NCBI GenBank assembly: GCA_964016885.1
Contig: OZ024741.1
Location: forward strand, 277,946,001 to 278,010,000
Length of the DNA: 64,000 nucleotides
Direction: 5' to 3'
Source: Eledone cirrhosa
Lineage: Eukaryota
The translations under genes were made by a program, and so were the position numbers. Positions 39,840-54,559 of this stretch are shown piece after piece. Position 1 is the stretch's first letter; the number at the start of each line of letters is the position of its first letter. A model generated the notes under the pieces. The model was not told where the DNA came from. It did not search any database and was given only the letters and a program-made list of their open reading frames with translations.

Positions 39840-39925
39840 GGTCTCCCAAAAATGTATACATACTTCAACAGCATTCTAATAAATATTGCCTGTACTGGTA
39901 ATCTGTGTGTATACATTTTTGGGAC

Positions 39926-39965
<40 letters not shown>

Positions 39966-40436
39966 TACACACAGAGAGTCGGACGCCATGCTTTGCAGCA
40001 TAGAGTTACGGCCCTGATCTGAGTTCAAATCCCGCCGAGGTTAACTTTGCTTTTCATCCTTACGGGGTCGATAAAATAAAGCACGGGGTCGATTTAATCA
40101 GCCCCCCCCCCCCAAAAAAAAATTACTGGTCTTGTGCCTATACTAGAAATCATTATTATTATTATTAGCGATAACACTAACACAGTGTTATTCATAATAG
40201 TTTATAATCGAACACAGCTATCATCACACACAAAAAAAGAGGAAAAAATAATTCCATTACGAAAAATGTATTCTTTCATAGCGAGGCTCTCATGTGTTTA
40301 TTATACATATACATACCATATATGTTTTCATATACACTCCTATTACACATACTCACGCACACACACACACTCACACATATGTGGCTGACTGATCTGACTC
40401 CTTATCTTTCTATTTCATCTTTTATTTCTTATTCTA

Positions 40437-40472
40437 TCTTCTGATGAAGGACTTGTGACCGAAATGTAAAGA
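40437..40472 (+). ncRNA. Minimal hammerhead ribozyme-like motif (slightly degenerate) in the host intron
   Basis: TCTT, CTGATGA, AGGAC-TTGT-GACC, GAAA, TG, TA, AAGA. Confidence 0.55.
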
Positions 40473-40682
40473 CTTTTTTTCCTAATATATCAAGTGTAAA
40501 ACTAACATATTTCTTCATTGTATTGTGTCGTTTGCGCTGTTGTATCCGTTTACTTTTCGCACGCACACGCACACACACACACATACACACGCACGCACAC
40601 ACATACACTCATACATGTGTATATTATATGATTGATTTTTTATATATTTATCTATCTTTTGATATTTCTTATATAACACTAG

Positions 40683-40861
40683 AACGTTCTGGGTTGGACT
40701 CCAGTGGAATGAAACCGGAAGTCTATCAAAGTGGACCAACTGGTATAGACCACCAACTAAACCTAGTAAGATATGTGGTGCTGTTATGTTACACACACCA
40801 TATATGTGGTATGCAATGGAATGCTCCATCAGATTACCTTTTATCTGTGAAATTCGTGATG
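40683..40861 (+). CDS. C-type lectin domain, C-terminal half (exon)
   Basis: 179 nt between tag| and |gtaagt; [59 protein letters not shown] has the WIGL-like motif, W.NW and C..W...C...FICE. Phase 2 in, phase 1 out. Confidence 0.85.
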
Positions 40862-40892
40862 GTAAGTAACAACATAAGATATAGTCTCACAT

Positions 40893-40984
<92 letters not shown>

Positions 40985-41502
40985 ATATATATATATATGT
41001 GTATATATGTATATATATATGTATATATATGTATATATCTATATATCTATCTATATATATATATATGTATATATATATATGTATATAACACCTGCAACCT
41101 TGATGGTATCCAATGATGTTGACTTGTTCTTCTTTTTGGTAAATATCATCTTGGTTAAGAGAGTGGGACTGGCTTTGTGCAGTGCCTTTGCTCACTATAA
41201 AAGCTTCACGGCACAGGCATTGCTTTATATCTGGAGATCTCTCTGCACTTGTCCTCACATGGTACCATGGGCCCAGCACTATGTGTCAATAATTGTCACA
41301 AGTGTAGTGTTTGTACCAGAGTTTTCAAGTCGCTGGCTGGACTAAAAAGTCACACTCATGCAGCGCTTCGGTAGGGGTTCTCCTACATGGATATAAAGTA
41401 GTGGCCGTACTCGAAAACGAGTTGGCAGCCACCATATATATATGTATATATATATATGTATATATATGTATATATATATATATGTATATATATGTATATA
41501 TC

Positions 41503-41555
<53 letters not shown>

Positions 41556-41586
41556 CTATATATATATGTATATATATGTATATATC

Positions 41587-41619
<33 letters not shown>

Positions 41620-41652
41620 CTATATATATATATGTATATATATGTATATATC

Positions 41653-41735
<83 letters not shown>

Positions 41736-41835
41736 GTATATATATATGTATATGTATATATATAAATGTATATATATGTATATATATATATGTATATATA
41801 TATGTATATATATATATGTATATATATATGTATAT

Positions 41836-41920
<85 letters not shown>

Positions 41921-42218
41921 ATAATAATACATTTGAAGACTAAAATCCAAAGAGGGCTCGATAAGGATAACCGTAGAGCAAATATTTATTAAAATAACAG
42001 ATTAAAGTTTAAGCAAAGAATCGCTGCTTTCACCTTTAACGGGATCTTATGAAACTAGCAAAGTCAATCTGTTCGTCTCCGAACATATGTGCATTTACAT
42101 GTAGGTATGTGTGTGCGCTTGTTATATACGTATTTATTTATTTATTATATACGTATTTATTTACAAAGAATCTTGCTAAACAAATTCAGAAACGAAATAT
42201 ATATATATATATATATGC

Positions 42219-42291
<73 letters not shown>

Positions 42292-42406
42292 CATATATAT
42301 ATATATACACATACATATATATTTATACATACATATATATATACACATACATATATATCTATATACACATATATATATATACATATATATACATACATAT
42401 ATACAC

Positions 42407-42978
42407 GTTCTTCATCATTCGTACCAAGTCTCCGATCAGAATATTAAACTTAGCACCACTGGACATTGCTGAGTTTTTGAGTATCAGGTATTTGGAGGCC
42501 ATGGGTTTAGCGTAGTGTGAGTGGAGAATTTGGGCTCTCTCGTCTATAGTGTTAATCCAGAGTTCCGTCTCTAATACAGGTAGTCTATTGTTAGGGTGTT
42601 TGGAAGGGTAGTCGATAGTTACAGTTATACTCTGGTGTATGGAATTAACTATCTGCTGGATGCTTTCCATTGTGCTACGTTCTAAATCAAACTTGTTAGT
42701 ACTCTCTGGTGGGGATGTCCTTATTACTATATTAATATCGTCTACGTAACGAGAGTACATGATGAGGTCTATGGAGTTCTCATCAAGGAGATCTTTGAGT
42801 CTCCTTTCCCACCATACCATAAAAAGGTTGGCAACGTCACCAACTATGCTGACGCCAATGGCTGCTCCCTCATTTTGGGTGTAGATCTTCTCGTTGAATT
42901 TGAATATGTGGTCCTTTAAGGTAGTTTTAATACTAGCCCCTATTGCATGTGCGACCATTTTTCTTACCTGATCATTGT

Positions 42979-43009
<31 letters not shown>

Positions 43010-43290
43010 CGTATGGCTTTGGTCCACCCAATCTACCTTCCCATGGGAGTCTTTTTTGCCATTGAGGTTATGGTGGGGGGTCTACCTCTTATGGGTCTAC
43101 TGGGGCAGAAACGGCTATGGTCATGGCTATCTAGGTAGTCAGTGTCATAGGTTAGTCTAAGTAGGAGGTCCAGTTCATCTGTGTCGACGTCGCAGAACTC
43201 CACCTCACTCTCACTAATCATCTCCACACATTTTTCCAGCAAAATCAATGTTAATGGATGGGTATAGTGATACCACGTCCATACTGCCTA
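42407..43290 (-). pseudogene. Penelope-like reverse transcriptase fragment
   Basis: MDVVSLYPSI (~43254-43283), [29 protein letters not shown]; frameshifted at a poly-G run. Confidence 0.85.
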
Positions 43291-43402
43291 TTATGCAGTT
43301 GGATAGGTTTTTGTTTTTGTTGCACAGAAGCGAAAACCAACCAAACAGTGAGTGTGTTCTGTTATTAATTCTGGCAATATTATTATAATAATATGACCCT
43401 CC

Positions 43403-43458
<56 letters not shown>

Positions 43459-43551
43459 TAATAAATATTTGCTCTACGGTTCTTATATATTTGATATATA
43501 TTTATCCTTATCGAGCCCTCTTTGGATTTTAGTCTTCGAATTTATTATTAT

Positions 43552-43595
<44 letters not shown>

Positions 43596-43599
43596 GTAT

Positions 43600-43703
<104 letters not shown>

Positions 43704-43711
43704 TGTATATA

Positions 43712-43755
<44 letters not shown>

Positions 43756-43757
43756 CA

Positions 43758-43847
<90 letters not shown>

Positions 43848-43848
43848 C

Positions 43849-44021
<173 letters not shown>

Positions 44022-44581
44022 CACATACATATATATATATAAATATAAATATATCCAAAATTAAGATAATGATTTATCTTATTTTGGATATAGATATATA
44101 AATACGGCTCCTTAATTGTAGAGCTAACTCTGTTGAAAGGACTCGACTGCTGTTTCTAGTTGTCGATAACCCTATTCACGCCACTGGGACGAAGCTAGTA
44201 TGATGTGTGTATTTCTAGTAAATGAAACACGTGCTGGCCAGTCGCTGATTTGAACTTGAAGTGTAAACACGGATTGCTGGAACTTCTTCCTTGTTGAAAA
44301 TCCAAGTCTCCACTTCTGTGGTTTACCATCTGATTAATTGGTGAAATATATTTCTTTAATGGAATATATACAGGGAAGATTAACCATATTATAAGGTATC
44401 TATTTTTGAAGTTCTGGTCAACTTTATTTAGTTACCTACCTAGCTATGTGTGGTTACACACTTGTAAAAATTATCTCCTGTGATTATTCATGTTTATTTA
44501 TATGTTAATCAATCTCTAGTTATTATATATATAAATATACATATATACATATATCCATCCATACATACATACATACATACA

Positions 44582-44706
<125 letters not shown>

Positions 44707-44709
44707 ATA

Positions 44710-45603
44710 TCTGTATATATATAAAATTAAGTATGTGTGTCTGTGTATTACCTATAGGGGCCTACATCTTACGACCGATTTTCATGAAACTTTACAGGCT
44801 CATAGATTAGTCATCGGGGAGTGTTTTCTATATATCAGCGTATCGTTTTTTAAATTTATTCCGGGATCATTCTGCAGATAAAAATCGACAGGGGTCACCT
44901 TTTTTTTAGGTATTGAAAAATAGGATTTTTGGCTCTAGCTCCCACATTTTGCCACCGATTTCGTTCAAATTTTAAAGCAAAATAGAATTTATCATTGCAC
45001 ATCCTGCAATGGCTTTATATTTTGCATTTGTTGTTCAGGGACGACGTGACAGCCGCTTAAATATTCAAAAGTACCCCTTTTAGACTCAAATTTCCACTTT
45101 TCGGCTCTAGCTCCCACATTAATCAACCTACTTTGTTCAAATTTTACACTACGTTAGATCTGATTATTTCACGTCTTAAAGTGGCTTTACATTTTGGATT
45201 TTTTTGTTCAGGAATGGCGTGGCAGCCACTTAAATATTCGAAAATACCACCTTTTCGCTCAAATTTCCGCCTTTTCGGCTCTAGCTCCCGCATTTTTCAA
45301 CTGATTTCGTTCAAATTCGAAACTTCGGCTCCACCTCACACATAAATCAATTTATTTGATTCAACTTTTATACTACGATAGAACCTATCATTGCACATCT
45401 TATAGTAGCTTTACACTTTGCATTTTTTGTTCAGGGACAGCATGGCAGCCGTTTAACTCTTCAAAATACGATTTTTTCCACCTCCCACATATTCCATACG
45501 ATTTGACTCAACATTTCGCCATTTGCTACACCTTACGACCGATTTTAAAGAAACTCACAGATATTATTTTACCTACTCAGGCAACGCCGGGTACTGCTGC
45601 TAG
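44710..45603 (+). mobile_element. Non-autonomous Helitron-like element
   Basis: A|TC 5' end; GC-rich subterminal GGCAACGCCGGG and CTAG|T 3' end; internal ~173-bp tandem units (GGCTCTAGCTCCC at 44931, 45103, 45277). Confidence 0.7.
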
Positions 45604-45816
45604 TATATATATATATATACATACATATATATATACATATATGATGAATGATGGCTGCCCCCTCGTTATCGAGTATGGCCATTGCACGATATACCATTAT
45701 TAATAATTATTAATTTATTCTATCATGCAAAGCCTGTGCGTGAAGATATTTTTTTAAGTGAGGTGTAGTACTAAACAGTGTAATAATAATAAAGGGCAAT
45801 TTCTTATGTCTACATT

Positions 45817-45961
45817 ATGTTTATTGAGTAGTGATGTGCGTTTCGCTATTGATCAGCTCAAGGTTCAATCTGTATTGATCAAGCCCGACTCTGGAATCAA
45901 AATACAGATCGAACCTTGAGCTGATCAAAAGCAAAATGCGCGTCACTACTCAATAAACATA
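45817..45961. repeat. Fold-back module with hammerhead 3' half in each arm
   Basis: Arms ~45817-45877 / 45901-45961; minus GAAA-CGCAC-ATC-ACTACTC-AATAAA. Confidence 0.65.
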
Positions 45962-46402
45962 AAGAAGTTTTAATATTAATATATATATATATAGTAATAA
46001 TAATAAATGTGAAGACTAAAATCCAAAAGGGCTCGATAAGGATAAATATATATCAAACATATAAGAACCCTAGAGCAAATATTTATTAAAATAACAGATT
46101 AAAGTTTAAGCAAAGAATCACTGCTTTCACTCTTAACGGGATCTACTGAAACTAAAAAAAAAATCAATCTGTGAACGCAGAAGTAAATATTTCGAAACAC
46201 GTTGCAGCCGAAGGAAGACAAGAAGACGATACTTTGGTTCGTGGAGACGTTCCCTGGCAATGAACGGAAAAAAGCGAAGATAATACGTCGTTATGTGGAG
46301 CGGTGCAAAGACAAAACCACATTTATGGTATAAATGGAGTCATTAGACTAATATTCTATTTAGGAAACCAAATGATTCTCGGCTTCAGAGTTAAGAATAA
46401 TG

Positions 46403-46610
46403 GTTTCACAAGGCCGGCAATTTGGGGGGAGGGGGGGGGAAGTCGATGAAATTAACCCCAGTGCGTGACTGGCACTTTATTTTATCGACCCCGTAAGGAT
46501 GAAAGGCAAAGTTAACCTCGGCGGGATTTGAACTCAGATCATAAAGGGCCGTAACTGCATGCGACAAAGCATGGCGTCCGACCCTCTACCGATACTGCCA
46601 ATCCACCGTC
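46403..46610 (-). mobile_element. SINE family 1 copy with 20-bp target-site duplication
   Basis: CTTCAGAGTTAAGAATAATG at 46383-46402 and 46611-46630. Confidence 0.9.
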
Positions 46611-46686
46611 CTTCAGAGTTAAGAATAATGTAAATAAATTAGTAGAGCGAAAATGACAGAGGTTATTAAAATCATAAAAGTAATAA

Positions 46687-47098
46687 TCTATATATATAAA
46701 ACTGTTGTTGTCTGTGTGTATGTCCTCATTTTTGCAAAGTCTATACAAATCCACATTCCTACTCCGATTGACTTCAAACTTGCATTTATATATTCCTTGC
46801 GGTCTAAAGATATTATCTGCAGCTTTTATTTTTCAATTTTCTGTTGTTAAAGGGATGTTAAGCACCGATTATCCATCTCCGTAGCGCTCTTATAATATCT
46901 GTCTGTATGCCTGATTGTCTGCATTACGACATTCTGACGAACATTGATGACGTATTATGTTCGCTATTTTCCGTTCATTGCCAGGGAACGTCTTCACGAA
47001 CTAAAGTAGTCTTCCTGTTTTCCTTCGGTTGCAACGTTTTTCGAAATATTTACTTCTGCGTTCACAGATTGATTTTTTTTAGTTTGTGTGCGTGTGTG

Positions 47099-47158
<60 letters not shown>

Positions 47159-47815
47159 CCGAGAAGTACCCAACCGATTTTTTCAAACTTTATATGTGTA
47201 TTACTTATATTTCAGGGAGTGTTATGCACATAAAAAATTCAACTTTTTGATCCCCTAGGGTCCGCTTTTTAGGGTTTTTTGAGGCGTTACGTCAGACTGA
47301 TTTCCTTGAAATTGTAACTATGTATTAATCAGTCTCTTCTTCATACCGTGAGCAAAGAAAATCCAACTTTTTTATGGCCTAGGGCCCGCATTAGGTGAAA
47401 AAATTTAGGGCTTTTTTGAGGCGTTACGTCTAGCTGATTTTCCCGAAATTTCAAGGCATATTATGCACATAAAAAAATTCATTTTCTTGATCCCCTAGGG
47501 CTCGCATTAGGTGAAAACCTGCATTTTTCCTGCTTCATAGAGGAAAATCTTAAAGATTACCCAGCCATCAGAGTATTCGGTTTATTTTCTTTACATATTG
47601 TCCAGGCATGCAGTTTTTCCACGATTAGGTCTGTTGACGGCCCGCGTTCCAAAATACCTTATCCCGTGCAACGCCGGGTATCGCGCCCTTATAATATCTG
47701 TCTGTGTGTCTGACTGTCTGCATAACGACATTAAGACCAACACGTCATTGCTGACGTATTATCTTCGCCACATTCACACACACACACACATATATATACA
47801 TATATATACATATAC

Positions 47816-47848
<33 letters not shown>

Positions 47849-47907
47849 TATACACATATATACACACATATATACATATACACACACATATATACACATA
47901 TACACAT

Positions 47908-48000
<93 letters not shown>

Positions 48001-48123
48001 TAAATACATATACACACATATATATTTATACGATTCTCCAGTAGGCACTCACAAATAAACGTTTCTCATTGGAGGTGCTATTACCAATGATCTTACCCAT
48101 GCAACGCCGGGATACACTGCTAG
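46687..48123 (+). mobile_element. Composite Helitron-like element
   Basis: A|TCTATATATATAAAA start; GCAACGCCGGG motifs at ~47668 and ~48101; CTAG|T end at 48120-48123; contains a family-A-related segment. Confidence 0.55.
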
Positions 48124-48375
48124 TAATTAAATATATACATACACATATCTATATACGTACATACACGTGCATACGCGTAAACATACGCTATGCATGCATA
48201 TGCATGTACGTACACATAAACACGCGCACACGTACGTAAACCAGCGCGACACATATACCCGCACACGTACGAACGTATACATCAAATACACATATAAATA
48301 TATAAATATATGTGTGTGTGTATATACATATAATTATACATGCATATATATTTATATATGCATGTATAATTATAT

Positions 48376-48438
<63 letters not shown>

Positions 48439-48908
48439 AAGGCGTATATAACGCACACAGGCATACCTACAGGTAAATTCACATATGTTCACCAAACGTG
48501 CATATACCAAAACCTTATGTACACATATACACACCATACATACATGCAAACACACATACACACTCATAATACCCATATATACACATATACATATATGTGT
48601 GTATAAAAAAAATACCAACACGCATATACATATGCACACTCACCCGCATATACAAATATACAGCAACTCATGCAGATACCCAACGAATCCATATATATCA
48701 GTCAAAAATCTTTCCCTGAGTTCAGTCTTTTTCGTTGCTATGGCAATGCGGCTGGACTGCCGGTCGCTATATTTGATTTGCAAAGCTGTCTGAACGTATT
48801 GTTATAACTCTGGGGTATTATTCTCCATCGAGTGCTAAAGCAACATTCCGAATTTTCATTCGTTAGCTTAGCCGCAGCCTAAAGCTTCGATAATGCTGTA
48901 CTAAAATT

Positions 48909-48986
<78 letters not shown>

Positions 48987-49744
48987 TACATATACACATA
49001 TACACACATATACATATATACATATACATAAAGACATATATACATATACATATATACATATATACATATATACATATACATATATACATATATACATATA
49101 CTTATATACATATACACATATACACATATACATATATACATATATACATATACATATATACATATATACATATACATATATACATACGTACACGCATACA
49201 TACATATACATGAACAACCACATATATATAAATATCTATATAAATCCACACACGCTAATAAACAAAAATAATATACGTACATACACATACACATACATGC
49301 ATATTCATACATCCACACACACGCACACACCCACACACACACATATATATATATATACATATATATATACATACACACACATATATATATATATATACAA
49401 TATACACATATATAAATACATATATACACACATACACATATACACACATATACAAATATACACGCACAAACCCGAAATACACACATACACATAACCAACA
49501 TATAATATATACACCTATAACATATATAAACATATATATATACGTACGAGTATATATATATAATATATATATATAATATATACACCTATAACATATATAA
49601 GCATATATATAGTACGAGAAAGTATATGTACCTCCACAAAACATACGGGCAAGGTATACTTACCTATACAAATAAGTAATGGTATAAACATAGAATATAC
49701 TTAGCTACCACAGCAAGGCGTAAATTATCCGCGTATTGTTCGTA

Positions 49745-50705
49745 CTATCCGTTAGGGTGTAATGTGGGGCTGTAATACAGGAACGTTTTATGCAATTTGT
49801 GTTTACAAGCCGAAATTGCCTCAGACTTTTTGTTTAAGATGTGATGTTTGGTGTAGACTATTTCCAGAGCTTCAGCGGCGCAAAGATCGCATGGTCTTTT
49901 ATTTCCTTTATACGATCTAGCTTTAGCTAAGATCTCCCAGTGTAACCTATATTGGGTGTGGTTGTCTTTTAGACTCCAGATATAAGCTGAAAGTGATGCT
50001 GTGTTCCTTCTTAAAGGGTTAAGAAAACAATGGGTGTCCATGTAAAGACGCTGCTTGAATCTATTGGCGGTTAACCCTATGTAGGCCCTACTTGACGTGG
50101 GTGTGTCGACCTTACATTTGTAGACAATGTTTACTGGAGAAGCATTTCCCGGATAGAGGGCAGGCAACCCTATTCCTACAATTATAGTTAGTACTAGCTA
50201 CAGGGTTGCATGTGTTACTACGGCTAGGTAATTTAGCTAAAATTGAAGCAGTGATGTTATGTGCAAAGTTAGGAGTCGTGGAGTAAGCTGTTTTAACGGT
50301 ATTTCTATTAAACATTTTATTATATTTATGTGCTGAGGAGAAATGCTTCTTAATAAGGGAGAGAACGATTTTAGCTAATGGTGTGGCCACCTCCATATTA
50401 TATGGTGGGTTATAGTATATAATGGGTCGAGATCTATTTTTCCTAGGTTTATGCTCATACTTAGTAAATGCTACCTTATCGACAAATCCACTCCGAGCTA
50501 GAGCTTCATTGTAATATGTGGAATGGTCGGTGAAAATATGCTCGTTTGTAGATAGACGGGAAAGCCTCAAAGAAACATTTCTTACGAAGTTCTTGGTTAT
50601 GCTGGCAGGATGGTTAGAATGCTTACTGATGTGATTAAGCGTATTATTCAGCTTTCTATACGGGTAGTGAAAGTCATTCGACAAATTGAGGGTAACGTCG
50701 TACAT
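49745..50705 (-). pseudogene. Penelope-like RT C-terminus + GIY-YIG endonuclease
   Basis: DVTLNL..YRK..SNHP, IIYYNPPY, IVYKC..YIGLT..FKQR, CDLCAAE..LNKKSE..CKH; one frameshift. Confidence 0.9.
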
Positions 50706-51260
50706 TAAATTTCGCGCCCGTATTTGGGAATTTGTTTTGTAGCCTTTTAGAGAATTTTGTGCCAAACAAAAGATAATGGTCAAGAAAAACGGGATGGGGA
50801 GAATTGTTCTGGTTCAGTAAATATGGCTGGTGTGCTGGTGTGTCAAAATTCAGACTTTCTATTGAAATAAAGAAAGTAGAGATATGTATGTTTATTTGTG
50901 TGCTTGTGTGTGTGTGTGTGTGTGTAGAAAGATGATTCTATTAGTAGAAATGAGGGAGGGAGTTGTGTGTGTGTGTATGGGTGTTATGTGTGTATGGGAG
51001 TATGGTTAGCATGTTAAGATGGAGAGAATATATATATTTTGTGTGTGTGTAGGAAAATGATTCCGTTAGTAGAAATGGGGGTGGGAGTTATGTGTGTGCG
51101 TGGGGGGGGGGGTGTTAGCATGTTAGGGTGTTAGAGTATTAACGTATGTTAAGGTTTATTTAGTTCTGGTATTTATTTTCTAAAATAGGTGTTTTGTGTG
51201 TGTGTGTATGTATGTGTCTGTTTGGATGGTTAGCATGTTATGGTGTTGACATAATGTATA

Positions 51261-53007
51261 TTAAACTATATTTAATGCTGGTCCATATTTTTTAATAAAC
51301 ATATTTTCCTTATTTGTTCGTTTTTGTTCTGTTGTATTGTCAGCGCAAAGATAAAATGGGAAGACTTGGAATTTGGGTGTCTTATTACTTGCGCATATGT
51401 CTAGATGCGCACTTAGTGGTATCTGTCTTGTAGGATCTTGTAATTGTTGGCGATGAACTGTCATTCTGTTTCTGAGTGTGAGTTTAGTTTGTCCTATATA
51501 ATCTTCATTGCATCCTTTACATTTAATGGCATAAAATAGATTTTTTGATGAGCAAGTGAAGTGATTTTTTTACAGCAAAATGTTGTCCTGATTGAAATGT
51601 ATACGTGTTGCCTTCAATGAGGTGAGTGCAGGTTCCACAATTAAAGCGACCACATTTTTTGACAGTTGGTTGTGGGTTTGTGGTAGGTAATTTGGCATTG
51701 GTGAGTAATGTTTTTAGTGATTTCGGTTGTCTTTTGCTTTTGATTATTTTGTGTGTTTCAAGGGCTTTTTTCATTCTTGGGTCTTGTTTCAATAGTGGGA
51801 TGTTCTTGTGAATAGTGTTGTAAGCTTCCGCATTTCTTTGGTTGTGTGTTGAGATATATGATAGAATATTGGACGTACCTTGAATTTGTTTCTGTTTTCG
51901 TAATTCATCAATGCCTATTGCTTTAGCCCTTTCTATTCCATTATTTATTAGTAATGGTGGGTACTGCCTTTCGAGTAGAATTTCCTTTAATTCTTGAAGT
52001 CTTTTATTTCGCGTTTCATAATTGGAGACAATTGTGCAAATTCTTCTTGCTAGGTTAAAAGGGATGTTCGTCTTCGTGTGCTTTGGATGGTTGGAGATGA
52101 ATAGCAGCTGTTGTTTGAAATCTGTTGGTTTGTAGTGTATGTCAGTTTCAATATTTGTGTCTTTTTTTATGATTAAGATATCCAGAAATGGGAGTTGATC
52201 TTGGCTGTATTCCATTGTGAATTGGATGTGGTTTTTGATGCCGTTAATTAAATTTTTGAAATCATTTAGTTGGTCGAGTGTGTGAGACCAAAGAATGAGA
52301 CAATCATCCAAGTAGCGTTTCCAATTCTCTGATAAATATTTGTGGAAGTTCAATCCCTATTTTGATTTGGACTGTTCATATATCTGGACTTCCAAGTATG
52401 CCATGACTAAGTTGGCATAAGTTGGCGCGACTTTTGTACCCATCGTAGTCCCCGATATTTGCTTGTAAGTACTGCCATCGAAATCAAAAAAGTTGTTCTG
52501 TAAAATAAATTTTAATCCCTCGGTGATAAAACTTTTTTCTATTCTGTCAGGTATCTCATTGGGATATTTCTCTAGCCAGAATCCTATTGCTTCTAGTCCG
52601 TATTGGTGTGGGATCGTTGCTCAGAGATTCACTACATCGAAAGACACAATAATAGTGTCGTTGTTGACATGTTTGGGGAGGTGGTTTAAGAGGTCCAGAT
52701 CGTCTCTTACAAGACTTGGTATGTGTTGGAGAATTGGTTTTAGTAGTATGTCTATAAAGTTGCTTAGTCTGTGTGTTTCACATTGTGGGCCCGCTACAAT
52801 TGGTCTTAATTTAATATCTGTGGGGTATTGTGTGTTCACGCAGGTTGAGATGGATTGTTTACAGGCATCGTTAATTATTTTACACTTGTGGATCTTCGGA
52901 AGTCCGTAAAGGTTGCTGGTTTTGTATTCAAAATGTGTTAAATAATCGCGTTCCTTTTTAGTTAAGTCTTCCTGGTATCGACAAATGAATATGTTTAATC
53001 TGGTCAT
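51261..53007 (-). pseudogene. Penelope-like element (different lineage): RT + GIY-YIG endonuclease, frameshifted
   Basis: LYGLPKIHK, LRPIVAG, SFDV, WKRYLDD, LPFLDI, HYKPTD, CGTC, LFYAIKCKGCNEDYIGQT. Confidence 0.92.
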
Positions 53008-53463
53008 CGCTCTTGATTAATTTTCACCCCTATCACTACCACATTCTCCTTTAAAGCGATGCCAATCACTTCGACTTGTTTCCTGCTTGACACTTCCATG
53101 GTGATGTCATCAGCATAAACTGACATGGGTCAATGTCTCTAATTTGTGCAGTAGAGACATTGACCCATGTCAGTTTATGCTGACATGGGTCAATGTCTCT
53201 ACTGCACATATATTGAACGGTTTTGAAAGTTGACCATTCATTCTGACTACCGAGCAGATTTTCCTGTGCATTGCAGCGATCCATCCCTAGAAAATAGGTC
53301 CAAAACCCAGGCTTTGTGAGTGAAATTGAGTAGACAGAACCTGTTCGCAAGCTCATCAGATGGACTGTCTCAGTTATTCAAAAGGACAGCTTTGTCACAC
53401 ACTGTCGTGCTGAATGTCCTTGAAAATAATAGTAATAACAAGTATGATGACAATTTGTTTTAG

Positions 53464-53733
53464 GTGACTGCAATTATATGGAAATAAAGAACTCTATTCT
53501 GGGCGACCCTTATGATGCCCATCGTACGCAGGTCTCATTGAAACAATGCAAACAAATATGTGAAGAAGGAACACTTGGTTTTACCTGTAAATCATTTGTT
53601 CGAAATATCAAACACAGCTTCTGTCAGTTCAGCAAGAGAAAGCGATGGATGTCAAATAATTATACTTTGGAATATTCTGAAAATTGGAATTATTATCAAA
53701 AAAACTGCACAACCAAAGTTATTGTTATTGAAG
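53464..53733 (+). CDS. PAN/apple domain exon (symmetric phase 1-1)
   Basis: 270 nt between ttttag| and |gtatgg; DCNYMEIK..SLKQCKQIC..GFTCKSF..FCQFS..WNYYQKNC has the six-Cys PAN pattern; N-glycosylation sequons NYT and NCT. Confidence 0.85.
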
Positions 53734-53812
53734 GTATGGATGGTCAATACATTCTAGTTTATTCAATTCATTTATTTTTGTAGCTCTTGTTGCAGGCAGG
53801 GAAATCATGTTA

Positions 53813-53942
53813 AATAATGTTGATGATAATGATGATGATGACGATGACAATGATGATGACGATGGTGATGATGATGATGATGATGAAGAGGAGGAGGAGT
53901 AGGAGGAGGAGGATAATGATGATGGTGACAATGATGATGATG

Positions 53943-53977
<35 letters not shown>

Positions 53978-54301
53978 AATGATGATGGTGACAATGATGA
54001 TGATGGTGATGATGATGATGGTGGTGGTGATGATGGTGGTGATGATGATGGTGTTAACGATGTTGTTGATGTTGTTGGTGTTGTGGTCATTGCTGTTTTC
54101 TTTATAGTGTTATTACTGTTTCTTTGTTGATGATGATGATGATGATGATGACGATGATGACGATGATGATGATGGCGAAGACAACAACAATGATGATGAT
54201 GATGATCAGTATGAAACAACTGTCATCATCATCATCGTCATCATCAACATCATCATCATCATCATCATCGTCGTTGTCATCATCATCATCATCAACATCA
54301 T
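53813..54301. repeat. (GAT)n/(GGT)n tract followed by an oppositely oriented (CAT)n tract
   Basis: Directly visible; source of the poly-S/D/M/H ORFs. Confidence 0.9.
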
Positions 54302-54472
54302 TTAACATCTGTGGGGTGGTCACAGCTAAAATAGTTTTCATCATAGGTCTATTCAACCAAAGTTGACCTAGGGCTAAACAACAGCAATTCCAGGTAGGAG
54401 ACTGATGTCATAGAAGCCCCAACTATGCAATTTTTATTTATTTATTTATCTTCTTTTTTTTTTCAATTATAG

Positions 54473-54559
54473 AATGATCAGGAATAGAAACCCCACTATG
54501 ATTGGAGATCCACACGCCCACCCCCACACACCAACTAAAACAACGTTAGTTAGAATAAA
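54473..54559 (+). CDS. Probable terminal exon (completes Glu codon, TGA stop 54475-54477, short 3' UTR, AATAAA 54554-54559)
   Basis: Strong pyrimidine tract + tag acceptor; the phase-1 join G+AA is followed by TGA. Confidence 0.45.

Noticed and set aside
40523-41116. 197-aa ORF overlapping the lectin exon
   Set aside because: Wrong frame and microsatellite-driven; the CTLD is read in another frame between splice sites.
53734-53783. ORF-track C-terminal extension of the PAN ORF
   Set aside because: It lies beyond the AG|GTATGG donor and is intronic.
53725-54366. Poly-His/Ser/Asp/Met ORFs
   Set aside because: Trinucleotide repeat tract in the intron after the PAN exon, without splice support.
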